DNA from: Eledone cirrhosa
Lineage: Eukaryota
DNA length: 64,000 bases
NCBI GenBank assembly: GCA_964016885.1
Contig: OZ024743.1
Location: 110,794,001-110,858,000, forward strand
Direction of reading: 5' to 3'
Of this stretch, positions 13,862 to 26,747 are shown one piece after another. The first letter of the stretch is position 1. Every line of letters begins with the position of its first letter. The position numbers and the translations under genes were made by a program. The notes under the pieces were generated by a model. The model saw only the letters and a list, made by a program, of their open reading frames with translations. It had not been told where the DNA came from and did no database searches.

Positions 13862-13866
<5 letters not shown>
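13548..13866. repeat. Palindrome with 159-bp arms and 1-nt spacer (A13707); fold-back of a PLE-like 3' end
   Basis: One visible mismatch between arms. The terminal TGATGTCTACCTGTTATTATTCATTCTTTAT recurs at ~9941-9973 (minus) next to (TA)n. Confidence 0.85.
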
Positions 13867-13942
<76 letters not shown>

Positions 13943-13982
13943 GATCTTAAATTAATGGAAACTATATTTATAAAACCATATT

Positions 13983-14048
13983 TATTTCATTATATATATT
14001 TCAGGGATATCATATTTACAATATGTTATGCCTTCCTCAGACAAAATA
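13983..14048 (-). ncRNA. Hammerhead ribozyme in left PLE arm
   Basis: Mirror copy of 18406-18471. Confidence 0.75.
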
Positions 14049-14937
14049 CAATATAGACAGTTTTATAGATAAATAGATTTGACATACCGTTCAACATCGA
14101 CTTGTATTTGAAAAAGTTGATTTGGCAGTGAAAAATTGTAAACAGAAAGAAAGAAAGAGAGAAAGAAGGAAAGAAAGAAAGAAAACGAAGAAAAAGAAGA
14201 AAAAGAAGAAATGCATGCAACAAAATAGAGAGATGGAAAGATAGATAAAGAGAAGAACTTCATGTAAAGAAACCGAGAGAGATATATATAGAGAGAGGAA
14301 ATAGATAGAGATAGATGTATATAGAGAAAAGTAGGTAGTTGAACATCCGTTGAATGAACGTATCAATGATACATTTATTTATTTATTTATTTATTTAGCT
14401 CTAGTATTAATGTATATATATGTGGTTAGGAAAGAAACCAGCCGTTATATAGAGAGAAAAATGAAAAGTAACCAGACATAGGCGAGGCAGAATTTAAAAA
14501 CCCTATGTTTTAATGTAGAAATATTAGTTCGTATAAAAACCAGGCACTATAATGTAAATATCAGTATTCCTGAATGAGACACGTATCCATAATGTGTGAA
14601 AATTAATGATCTTATGTCTAGTTTTAAAAATTCATATGTTTATATGATAACTACAAACATCGATGTGAATTTACGTGATCAACTCTGCAAACCCATATTT
14701 CACACGGAGAACATTCTCATTGTGCTATAAAAATGTAAGTATACATATATGTGTATATATACACATATATATAGAGTCTATATTAATGTTAACAATACTA
14801 TTCTTGTCTTTACTCTACATGATTATCTATCAAGCAGAAATAGAGAACAGATTTTAATATATTAATATATTAATATATTAATATATTAATATATTAATAA
14901 AAATAAAAAACAAAAAATATCAGAAACAAAAACAAAA

Positions 14938-14970
<33 letters not shown>

Positions 14971-15800
14971 CAAATAGATAAAATAGAAAACTAAAAAATA
15001 TTACATATTAAAAATAAAAATATTAAAAATATAAAAAAATATTAAAATAATTAAAATAATAAAAATAAAAACATAATATGCCACGCAAATCGACCACAAA
15101 GATCAACCCTTCAAAGTTAATTGACAATATATTGCCAAGTTCATTATAAGCATCAGAGTCGAAAACAGATAAAGCTAAAAATTATTTACCAAATCGCGTC
15201 TAGCAGAAATCATTTCAAAAAGTTTAGGATGCCCATTTGGTCTACATATGTTCTTATATTTAATATAGAAGTTTATCTAGTGTAACGTTTATTCGATATA
15301 TTTGGAGCATCAACTTTTAGGGTAGTTTAATTTTTCATGAAGAATGTTTAAATAAAACTAAAAATAAAAAGAAGAATAAAAAGAAGAAATCGAAAGATTT
15401 ATCGGCTAGTTTCCCAAATAATTATAAATCAAACCAAATATACTACATTTTAAATTTAAATTTATATTTAAAAGTTGAGTTCAATCTATGTTTGCAGCAA
15501 CTGAATAAATTTGTCCGTAGATTAAGGGAATTTTTAGATTTTAGTATAAAGAATATCTCCTCCGCGCAGAGGTCACATGTCTCAGAGGATGAATTAAAAG
15601 GAATCCCTCTTGAGACTATATTCCAAGCTGTCGAATATCTAACGTTATCTTGCCTAAGTTGCCAGAGTACGCCTGATAGTGCTGTTGAAGATTTTTTGCT
15701 TGGATCTGTGAAAGAATTCTTGTGGTTATTATAGCGAAGTTTAAATTCCGTCGATGTGGAACCGACGTAGTTAAAAGAATTAGAGTCCGTTTTAACATTA

Positions 15801-15878
15801 CAGTTGTATATTATATTTTTAACTAAGCAGTTGTATATTATATTTTTAACTAAGCAGTTGTATATTATATTTTTAACT
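15801..15878. repeat. 27-bp tandem repeat x~2.9 at the PLE inversion junction
   Basis: Unit CAGTTGTATATTATATTTTTAACTAAG; present once in the sense arm. Confidence 0.9.
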
Positions 15879-17005
15879 CTGAACTAAATAGAAAAAGAAA
15901 ACAAATTACACAATTTTTTAATTACTTTAATCTAAAAATAGAAATTGAGAACAACCATAGAATAGTCAATTTCCTAGATATAACATTAAATCTCAACACA
16001 TGTCTTCCCTATCCTTTTCACAAGTTGAATGAAAACTTAAACTATGTCAGCTTTAACTCTAACCACCCCAGATCTGTCAAAAACACTATAGTAAACTCTG
16101 TTCAAAAACGTATCTCTAGAATGTCGTCTAATAGAATGATTTTCGACGAAAAAGCCCAGTACTACAATGAAGCGTTAGCTAGAGCAGGATATAGTGATAA
16201 GATTATGTACATAGATAATGATAGACAAACTAAACAAAATAACAACTATTTTAATTACGGCCACAACCTTAACAACTATAATAGAAAGCATTACAATAAT
16301 TCCAAAAGCCAAAAAAGAAATAGAACTAGGAACATAATATGGTTTGCCCCCCCCCCCCCTTTCTCACTAAACATTAAAACCCACATCGCTAAACTATTTT
16401 TTAAAGCTCTTGATAATCGCTTCCCTAGAACACATAGGTATCACTCAATTTTCAATAGACATACTATAAAATTAACCTACTCATCCACCAAAAATTTAGC
16501 ACAAAATATTAATAGAATAAATAATAGGAACTTAAAACCTAGCGATAATAGCATAAATAATATACAAGTTAACAAATGTAACTGTAGAGATAGATCTAAA
16601 TGTCCGTTAAATAACAACTGCTTAGTTAAAAATATAATATACAACTGTAATGTTAAAAGGGACTCTATTTCTTTTAACTACGTCGGTTCCACATCGACGG
16701 AATTTAAACTTCGCTATAATAACCACAAGAATTCTTTCACAGATCCAAGCAAAAAATCTTCAACAGCACTATCAGGCGTACTCTTGCAACTTAGGCAAGA
16801 TAACATTAGATATTCGACGGCTTGGAATATAGTCTCAAGAGGGATTCCTTTTAATTCATCCTCTGAGACATGTGACCTCTGCGCGGAGGAGATATTCTTT
16901 ATACTAAAATCTAAAAATTCCCTTAATCTACGGACAAATTTATTCAGTTGCTGCAAACATAGATTGAACTCAACTTTTAAATATAAATTTAAATTTAAAA
17001 TGTAG
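15878..17005 (+). CDS. PLE polyprotein C-terminal part: end of RT, Cys-rich linker and GIY-YIG endonuclease (5'-truncated, no start codon)
   Basis: Frame is open for 49 codons upstream of the listed ORF (VNFLDITLNL). Then SNHPRSVK, IIWFAPPPPFS, CNCRDRSKCPLNNNC, IIY..YVGST.TEFKLRYNNH, CDLCAEE, LNLR..CKH. The Cys-rich linker suggests the Neptune clade. Confidence 0.88.
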   Translation, partial: SELNRKRKQITQFFNYFNLKIEIENNHRIVNFLDITLNLNTCLPYPFHKLNENLNYVSFNSNHPRSVKNTIVNSVQKRISRMSSNRMIFDEKAQYYNEALARAGYSDKIMYIDNDRQTKQNNNYFNYGHNLNNYNRKHYNNSKSQKRNRTRNIIWFAPPPPFSLNIKTHIAKLFFKALDNRFPRTHRYHSIFNRHTIKLTYSSTKNLAQNINRINNRNLKPSDNSINNIQVNKCNCRDRSKCPLNNNCLVKNIIYNCNVKRDSISFNYVGSTSTEFKLRYNNHKNSFTDPSKKSSTALSGVLLQLRQDNIRYSTAWNIVSRGIPFNSSSETCDLCAEEIFFILKSKNSLNLRTNLFSCCKHRLNSTFKYKFKFKM

Positions 17006-17477
17006 TATATTTGGTTTGATTTATAATTATTTGGGAAACTAGCCGATAAATCTTTCAATTTCTTCTTTTTATTCTTCTTTTTATTTTTATTTTTATTTAA
17101 ACATTCTTCATGAAAAATTAAACTACCCTAAAAGTTGATGCTCCAAATATATCGAATAAACGTTACACTAGATAAACTTCTATATTAAATATAAGAACAT
17201 ATGTAGACCAAATGGGCATCCTAAACTTTTTGAAATGATTTCTGCTAGACGCGATTTGGTAAATAATTTTTAGCTTTATCTGTTTTCGACTCTGATGCTT
17301 ATAATGAACTTGGCAATATATTGTCAATTAACTTTGAAGGGTTGATCTTTGTGGTCGATTTGCGTGGCATATTATGTTTTTATTTTTATTATTTTAATTA
17401 TTTTAATATTTTTTAATATTTTTAATATTTTTATTTTTAATATGTAATATTTTTTAGTTTTCTATTTTATCTATTTG

Positions 17478-17510
<33 letters not shown>

Positions 17511-18405
17511 TTTTGTTTTTGTTTCTGATATTTTTTATTTTTTATTTTTATTAATATATTAATATATTAATATATTAATATATTAATATATTAAAATCTG
17601 TTCTCTATTTCTGCTTGATAGATAATCATGTAGAGTAAAGACAAGAATAGTATTGTTAAAATTAATATAGACTCTATATATATGTGTATATATACACATA
17701 TATGTATACTTAAATTTTTATAGCACAATGAGAATGTTCTCCGTGTGAAATATGGGTTTGCAGAGTTGATCACGTAAATTCACATCGATGTTTGTAGTTA
17801 TCATATAAACATATGGAATTTTTAAAACTAGACATAAGATCATTAATTTTCACACATTATGGATACGTGTCCTCATTCAGAATACTGATATTTACATTAT
17901 AGTGTCTGGTTTTTATACGAACTAATATTTCTACATTAAAACATAGGGTTTTTAAATTCTGCCTCGCCTATGTCTGGTTACTTTTCATTTTTCTCTCTAT
18001 ATAACGGCTGGTTTCTTTCCTAACCACATATATCTCCCTTACATTAATACTAGAGCTAAATAAATAAATAAATAAATAAATGTATCATTGATAGGTTCAT
18101 TCAACGGATGTTCAACTACCTACTTTTCTCTATATATATCTATCTCTATCTATTTCCTCTCTCTATATATATCTCTCTCGGTTTCTTTACATGAAGTTCT
18201 TCTCTTTATCTATCTTTCCATCTCTCTATTTTGTTGCATGCATTTCTTCTTTTTCTTCTTTTTCTTCGTTTTCTTTCTTTCTTTCCTTCTTTCTCTCTTT
18301 CTTTCTTTCTGTTTACAATTTTTCACTGCCAAATCAACTTTTTCAAATACAAGTCGATGTTGAACGGTATGTCAAATCTATTTATCTATAAAACTGTCTA
18401 TATTG

Positions 18406-18471
18406 TATTTTGTCTGAGGAAGGCATAACATATTGTTAATATGATATCCCTGAAATATATATAATGAAATA
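18406..18471 (+). ncRNA. Type I hammerhead ribozyme at PLE 3' end
   Basis: Stem I TATTTTGT/ATGAAATA, core CTGAGGA, extended stem II AGG..CATATT gtt AATATG..CCT, GAAA, palindromic TATATA stem III. Cleavage predicted after A18463. Confidence 0.78.
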
Positions 18472-18598
18472 AATATGGTTTTATAAATATAGTTTCCATT
18501 TATTTAATATCGTAAATATACTCCAATTACTTGTTGAGTGCTTTTATATCAGTTATAAATATTTAGTAGTTGTAACCCAACAATTTAAATATAACTTT

Positions 18599-18664
<66 letters not shown>

Positions 18665-18711
18665 ATATATATATATATATGTATATATATACATACATAC
18701 TTATATATGTA

Positions 18712-18806
<95 letters not shown>

Positions 18807-19284
18807 ATATATGTGTGTTTGTGTGCATGTGCTTCAATATTTATGTATTTGTTATCGTGTGTGTGTCAATACAAGTGTGTAAAGAAGCAATTAATGTTTA
18901 AAATATGAGGACTTTTAGGGAGGCAACAAAGTTGTATATGCACGCAACGTTAACTACAGCCTAGCAACATTCTACTATACATTCCCTCACTCAGTGGGTG
19001 ATTGTGAAAATATTGGCCATCGGATCCCAGCGTATACGTCTTTCTATTTGACATAAGAACAGGGGATAATCACGACTTCTATTCATCTATTTCTATAAAT
19101 AAACTTATAAATACACGCATACACTTATACTCTATCACATATGCAACTAAACAAGTATATATATTCATCTACATAAATGTGTAAATATATATGTTTGTAT
19201 ATATGTATATGTTCTTATATATATATATATGTGTGTAGGTGTGTGTGTGTGTTTCAGAGTGTGTATGTGTGTGTGTGTGAGGTC

Positions 19285-19345
<61 letters not shown>

Positions 19346-19498
19346 TATGCGAGTCGGTCTGTGTATATAGTTGTGTTGTAGGTGCAAGTTCAATGAGAAA
19401 GAAAAACACTGTAAAATTATGTAAATAAATGATGATACGTATTATTTTAACTGTTTATATATTTGGAAATGTGTATATACATACAACATAATCCTAGG

Positions 19499-19607
<109 letters not shown>

Positions 19608-20483
19608 TCGTGTGTGTGTGTGTATGAATTTTCCTTACCATACTACAGATTACAATATCTCTGATTATTGAAATAACACGCCTTAAGTATTTGAATTAGT
19701 GTAGTATACAGAACAATGGTAGACCCCAAGTAAGCAACATTGGATGTCATTTTTATCTCTAAATAATCAACAATATTTGACTTTTGTAGTTCAGTACATA
19801 TTATCACGTGACGAAATATATTTGTAAAACTTATTAATGGTAGACATTTTAAAGAATATTATTTTGCAACGTATCTTGTTTTAGTAAGTTATATTATTCT
19901 GAAAGGCATACTTAATATAGTATTGTATTTTTTTTTTTATTATATAATATGTATGAAATATTTCACGCAGAGACGAAAGCTTGTCGCAAACAAGCAGAAT
20001 GAAATAGTTATGTTGGGTAAATGTATGTTTTCTAAGTGGTATGAAGTTTCAAAACCTAGATTTATTGAAATTTTATATATGTATAATATTTTTGATTAAT
20101 TCCTGTTCTAGACAATGGTGAGATTATAGTGTATGTAACAATGTATGGGCCACAGTCAAACACATTTGAAAAACGACATTAAACACCCCGATACACTCAT
20201 AGAATATTATTAAATACGCAACTTCTGTTTATACTTAGAGAATACTTATAATTCGAAGATAATATGTGATCTTCCGTCTGCAGCATTTAACATTTTACAC
20301 TTGGCTAGATAATCTCATCGGTATAAACTTATTCTAGTACAAATAATTCTGATGTAAAACTGTGCAATGTTTCAATTCAATATGTTTTACATGATGGGTC
20401 AGCTTTATTAAATGGGACTGGAAGCTTTATAATACATTTCCCGGAAGGAAAGATAGAGTTGTTACCGTAAATATATATTAGAA

Positions 20484-20960
20484 TCTTCTTCTTCTTCTTC
20501 TTCTTCTTCTTCTTCTTCTTCTTCTTCTTCTTCTTCTTCTTCTTCTTCTTCTTCTTCTTCTTCTTCTTCTTCTTCTTCTTCTTCTTCTTCTTCTTCTTCT
20601 TCTTCTTCTTCTTCTTCTTCTTCTTCTTCTTCTTCTTCTTCTTCTTCTTCATAAGATGGTTTGGGTGGGTGGTTGTTTGCTTCAAACTCTCCACCCAGCA
20701 ACAACCATGTCCCAATGATCCAGCTGGATCTCCAAAACAAGCCCAGTCAAACTCATGTTTTACAACCATCTTCTGCGTGATATGTACTCGTGTTGGTTTT
20801 GCCCGTCAAATCCGTTCAGCGACTCTTGCCTGAGACAGTCTAACCACATATCCATCTCTCAATTGGGAGAAGTAGTGGTTCAACCTGAAGCGAGTCTCCG
20901 ATATCTGGACAACAAATTTTATCGAGTAATCTTTCCTAAATGATCCTTCGGAGAAGCCCC
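20484..20960 (-). mobile_element. RTE-like LINE 3' fragment with expanded (GAA)n tail
   Basis: Minus strand SQLRDGYVVRLSQARVAERI resembles the 2690-3290 C-terminus. (TTC)n at 20484-20650 on +. Confidence 0.6.
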
Positions 20961-21030
20961 ATTTTGGATCGTACTATTTCTGTAATTAATTCGGTTCACG
21001 TGCGAACATTTACAAATGGTCATCAATATC

Positions 21031-21237
21031 GGGTAATTACTGAAATAATTGCACAAGGCCAGGAAATTACTCCAGTGCATTACTGGTACTTTATTTTTTC
21101 GACCCCGTAAGGATGAAAATCAAGGTTAACTTTGCAATTCATCCTTACGGGGGTCTATAAAATAAAGTACCAGTAATGCACTGGTGTAATTGCTCGCCTT
21201 GTGCCAAAGATAGAAACAATTATTTCGGTAATTACCC
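21031..21237. mobile_element. Fold-back SINE: two inverted SINE 3' halves centred on GTTAAC
   Basis: The arms are inverted copies and include the outer GGGTAATTAC../..GTAATTACCC. Confidence 0.75.
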
Positions 21238-21284
21238 AAGGTTCATGATTATTTGTAAATGTTCGCATGAGAACCGAATTCAAG

Positions 21285-21445
21285 ATTGGTTTGTACACCA
21301 ATCTTCCTTCTGATTACAAAATGGTGAAGCTGGTGCATTACAGCACCAGTGTCTTCAATTCTTGCACTTAATTTAGCCTTCTTCCTTCCATCACTCGTGA
21401 ACACAACCCCGATATACAAGATGGTCTGCAACTGCTTCCTTGAGA
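21285..21445 (-). mobile_element. RTE LINE fragment
   Basis: YIGVVFTSDGRKKAKLSARIEDTGAVMHQLH, homologous to 2710-2820. Confidence 0.65.
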
Positions 21446-21569
21446 GTATATGATTTCGCATAACTGGTATTTATATATTAGATTTACTCACTTAAATACC
21501 CACTTTGCATCATACCCACACGTTGAGAACTATTCTGATCTCCGGGCTTCCCGGTCTCTTCACGCAGGC

Positions 21570-21648
<79 letters not shown>

Positions 21649-21954
21649 TTCGTAGTTCTAAAGAAATACGGTTTTAGGAAGCCGTAGCTATGCAAATACC
21701 GGGGCTAACCCCCTCTGGTGGTATCCAGCAGAAGCGAGGGGGATAACTGTCTATGCATTTCAGGCTTGACTGGCCTTCGTCATGACGCTCCCTCCCACCG
21801 CTTGCAACTGCTGGACTTGAATACAATCACCTCATTTACAAATACGAGGAAACTATATATTCTCGATTGTGTATATATTATATATACACACTGGACTAAC
21901 GAAATAATTCTTAACACTGTATTGTACAGCCGACCATGTTATCCTTCATTCTTC

Positions 21955-22160
<206 letters not shown>

Positions 22161-22182
22161 ATATATATATATATAGAGTGAG

Positions 22183-22244
<62 letters not shown>

Positions 22245-22284
22245 ATATATATATATATATATATATTCTATTATAGGGCGGGTA

Positions 22285-22500
22285 AAATTCACGAGATCCA
22301 TGGAGGAGTTCTCTCCAGCTGTCTCTGTACCTCATTATCGCTGCCATGTCATGTGTCTCCAACAGACCAGTGTCTGTCCTTAGGGCATCAACATACGTTA
22401 ACCTTGGTCTTCCACTTCCAGTGTGTCCATGTACGGGCTCCCACAGAAGCACATAGTGCAATGTCTATTCTGGATGTCGGTGAGCATATTCAGAGCCATC
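22285..22500 (-). mobile_element. RTE-clade LINE 3' fragment
   Basis: VLLWEPVHGHTGSGRPRLTYVDALRTDTG..MRYRDSWR. Confidence 0.7.
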
Positions 22501-22550
22501 CTCGGCATTCTCGTGTAGCACAATAGATAAACATAGTTACATTTACCCAA

Positions 22551-22611
<61 letters not shown>

Positions 22612-22802
22612 TAGCTAAATGTAACTATCGGGGTCTATGTTTATACATATATCTACATAATTGTTTGTTATGTATACATTAGTTATGTTAGCTGTCATCT
22701 TGATAAAATAATGTTGTAAATACTGGTGGCAGCAGATAACTGAAAGGACAACACGGTTATAAATTTCATATAGGAATATTCTGTTATACATATATATATA
22801 TA

Positions 22803-22852
<50 letters not shown>

Positions 22853-24650
22853 TATATATATATATATATGCCTGGGTATATATATATATATATTTATACA
22901 TATATATATATATATTCTACATGTGTGTATGAATGTATGTACATTTAAATGCATATGCATCTTTCTTGTGTTTATGTATGTGCACGTACATTATATTTCT
23001 ATATTTATGTATATTTACAGAAGCATGTGCGAACGTAGGTATTGACAACGGCCGTATCTTTATAATATTAATGGTATAGATATATTTTTCTTTCATGAAT
23101 AATGTTTTGGGATGTTTATAAATATATGTGTGTGTGTGTGTGTGTGTGCTTATGCGTCTGTGTATGTGTGTGTGTGTATGTGTATGTGTGTGTATGTATG
23201 CGTGTATGTGTGTCTGTGTGTGTGTGTGTGTGTATGTGCGTGTATATGTGCGTGTGTGTGTGTGTGTGTGTGTGTTTGCGTGTTAGAAGATGTTGACTTC
23301 TGGGCGTGCGTGTTTGTTACAGAGTTTAGCATAAGGATACGTTGGGTGTATGCCATTGAACATTATTTCATGGTGAAAGCTAAAATGCCACAAGTTATTG
23401 GCCACTTCACTGACTTTTGGACCAAGCAATATATCCTTTCAAGGTGTATTTTTATGAACATAAAGCATCGTAATTTGAAGCTACGATTGAAGATCGTTAT
23501 GAGCTAGTTTGAAATTGCTTCCATGGTGGGAGATATATGTCCATAGTTTATTATATTTTCAATTGAACTGAACATATTGCAAGATAGTGAAATGGCTAGA
23601 TAGTTTTACGGTTCAGTGATTATCGGAAAAGCTGTGAATTTATTCTGAGGAATAAAGGAACCTATATGGCAGACATTTTGGACAGTGTAGTTTTTCAGGT
23701 AAAGTTAGCAGCTCAAATATTAAGAATTCTGCTTGATCTTCGATCTAAACCATTTTGTCTATAAGCATGTATTAATTTAAGTACTCAGGCGTATACATCT
23801 CCGTTAAATATTCATTGCATCATTGCGAGGACAATGTAAAATCAAGAGACCTTAGACAGCGGAGAATTAAAAGGATGGGTACACACACACGCGCGCATAA
23901 GCAAACCGCAAATATATACATACACAAACTCTCATGCATGTATATACGTCATTTATTGTGGGTGTATGTGCATGCGTGTGGGGATGTTTATGTGTTTATC
24001 TACTCATGTGTGACGTGGTCGCGTGTGAGAATTACAAGAATACACTTCAGTAAAATGTTAGCTATCAGATATAATCAGCGTTTATTGTTTCTCATGCGTT
24101 TTACGTAGTGAAATATGAATAGAGTTCTATTAATATGAAAACAACCTTGAAAATGGAGAGTAGATAAATCAATATGCATTCATTTATAGAATGCAGGTTT
24201 ATGTGCATATATCATGCAAACTATAAACACTATAACGTTTTTTCTGCTTACATAATATTACGAAGCTAAAGGTTTCCATTCGATCTACGTAAATATTTCC
24301 GATTAACATACTTAACATACTTAGCATAATCATTAGACATTGACGAACCTTTGTAATATTCCGAAATTTCTTCTGCATTCTAAAGTGAACAATCTAGCCA
24401 TTGGAGTCAAACTTATTTGTCGGTTTTACTACATAATATTCAAAAGTGGACGTAGGGATGCTTTGCCTTTCACAGAATTTTCCATTAAATTTAATACACC
24501 TGCATTATATTCTATGATATCGTCTAATCCACTGATAATGGTTTTGTTTCTTTAATATATTTGTAATAGAATCAAAATTATATAATTCGAAGGAAAAATT
24601 GTCATTTGTGTGTTTTATACCATGAATATTACATGACATTTGATTTCGTA

Positions 24651-24689
<39 letters not shown>

Positions 24690-24694
<5 letters not shown>

Positions 24695-24890
24695 TTATTC
24701 GTTTTTTCCCGTTCTTTGCCAGCGAACGTTACCACGAACCAAAGTATCGTCTTCCTGTCTTCCTCCGGTTGCAACGTTTTTTGAAATATCCAGTTCTGCG
24801 TTTACAGATTGACTTTGTTAGTTTCAGAAGATCCCGTTAAGGGTGAAAGCAGCGATTCTTTGCTTAAACTTTAATCTGTTATTTTAATAA
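24690..24890 (+). mobile_element. Solo PLE 3' end with variant hammerhead
   Basis: Highly similar to the reverse complement of 31195-31390, which lies downstream of a GIY-YIG remnant. Hammerhead fold at ~24820-24870. Confidence 0.65.
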
Positions 24891-25379
24891 ATATTTTCTC
24901 TACGGTTCTTATATATTTGATATATATTTTCCTTATCGAGCCCTCTTTGGATTTTAGTCTTCAATTTTATTATTATTACTATATATATATGTATAGGTAT
25001 ACGAGTTATCATTTTCAGTTACTCTATTTTAAGTGTTAATGTAACGCTTATCGATGTAAAAGTGTAAGAGCAAGATGACTAACATAACACTAATTTTAGT
25101 AAACTCAGTATTACATTGATAATGTTTTGAAGCATATTTAAAAAACCACACGCACAACATCCCATATTTGTACGAAGAATGTTTTGGGCATACAAGAAAT
25201 GTGCACAGGGCATTGAAGTGTCTTACAATGGGGATACACGCAGCAACATGTAACCGGTAAGCTGACCAGTACAACATTAACATCCCCCACAAAGTGCCAA
25301 AACTCAGAGGTAACGAACTACCGACCCTGTATGGCACGTGCTACATTTGAGGGCACGTTGCAAAACAAATTCTAGGGCC

Positions 25380-26050
25380 AATAACATCATATACATTATA
25401 CCCATGTATCAAGGCATATTTGTATCATAGCCACATCTTCGACATTCAAGGCCCGTCTGAACAACAATTCTAATTCTCCTAAGGATAGAAACAAACATTA
25501 CTTTACGAGACATGTCAACCTGATTTGGAGATTCAAGGATGCACACAAGTTTACTATGAACTGGAACATTGTTGAACATGCCCCACCTTAATACCCAGAC
25601 CAGAGACAGTCTCACTTCTGCTAGGATGAAGCCATGTGAATTATCAATTCAAATACGAGCACGACCAAACCTGAAATCGGAAACCCTCCTGAGACGCTGC
25701 AGACATTCCACATTCTCGCCTATACGCTTCACACATAAGAACCCCGCCAGCGCATGACTATGTGCTATAAATACATATGAACACATGGTAAATGAATTCT
25801 ATGATCTATTCTCAAACGGCTTCTCGCATCAATATTACAATATTTACGGATTATTCTATTGTTTTGCGGATGTAACACATGCGCAAAATAAGCACACAAC
25901 ACACACAAAAACAAGATGGCGTAGGATAGAACAAAGAAGAGGTACAAAACAAAGAAAATAATCTCCAGTCACTGAAGAGGTCACATAGTGTGTGACGAAA
26001 GAACGTTGACAATACCCATCCGGTTGTTGAACCAACCGACCGGAAATGTA
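25380..26050 (+). mobile_element. Degenerate PLE GIY-YIG remnant with 3' hammerhead-like motif
   Basis: TFKARLNNNSNS..RHVNLIWRFKD..MNWNIVEHAP. Then GTCA-CTGAAGA-GGTCACA..TGTGAC-GAAA..TGAC at 25968-26010. Confidence 0.65.
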
Positions 26051-26210
26051 TAACATTTATATATATAAATGTATAAAATTTATAATAAATTGAGGTGAAA
26101 CAACTTCTGCGTGTGTTATTTATTGGCTACATGATCCTCCCAAAGTATAATAGTATCCCTTTCAACACACGTTTTCGGATAGAGAATCTTGCAAAACAAA
26201 ATCAGAAACG

Positions 26211-26264
<54 letters not shown>

Positions 26265-26464
26265 TATATATACATATGTCCCAAGGCTCTGATACCATCA
26301 ACACTATACGCACAGAGCCGGCATATCTACGAACTGACTAACTGCCTGATGTGGTCATAGCCATTCAATGGCTATCATCGAAATATATATTGCAGTAAAT
26401 AAAGGATTATGAGTTCATGCAATTGACTTATATTTCGTCACTATATATATATATATATATTAGA

Positions 26465-26582
26465 AGGCGTGTGGCTGAGAGGTTAGAGAATTGGATTCGC
26501 AATAGTAAGGTTGTGAGTTCAATTCCTGGACCAGGCGATGCGTTATGTCCTTGAGCAAGACACTTTATCTCACGTTGCTCCT
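26465..26582 (+). mobile_element. tRNA-derived CORE-type SINE 5' part
   Basis: A box TGGCTGAGAGG, B box GAGTTCAATTCC, CORE-like TGTCCTTGAGCAAGACACTT. Confidence 0.7.
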
Positions 26583-26678
26583 TCTACCTGGAGTTGCGAC
26601 CGATAGATAGTATTAGCAACTGGAAAGACCAACGGAAACATTGTTCCCTCGGTCCGGTTTGACGAAAGTCGATCGTTC

Positions 26679-26740
<62 letters not shown>

Positions 26741-26747
<7 letters not shown>

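Larger units (their letters stand above)
13941..18600. mobile_element. 5'-truncated Penelope-like retroelement with inverted duplication of its 3' ~1.9 kb
   Basis: 13941-15832 is the reverse complement of ~16614-18514 with scattered substitutions. Sense part 15878-18600 encodes RT C-terminus + GIY-YIG. Flanked by (TA)n on both sides. Confidence 0.9.

Noticed and set aside
14570-14602. Hammerhead-like CTGAATGAG-ACACGT..ATGTGT-GAAA (mirror at ~17848-17881)
   Set aside because: Core has an extra base, there is no convincing stem I or III, and it is antisense to the PLE ORF.
21665-21820. GC-richer structured patch (CCAGCAG/CTGCTGG) as a ribozyme
   Set aside because: Could not be fitted to HDV, twister or hammerhead topology by eye.
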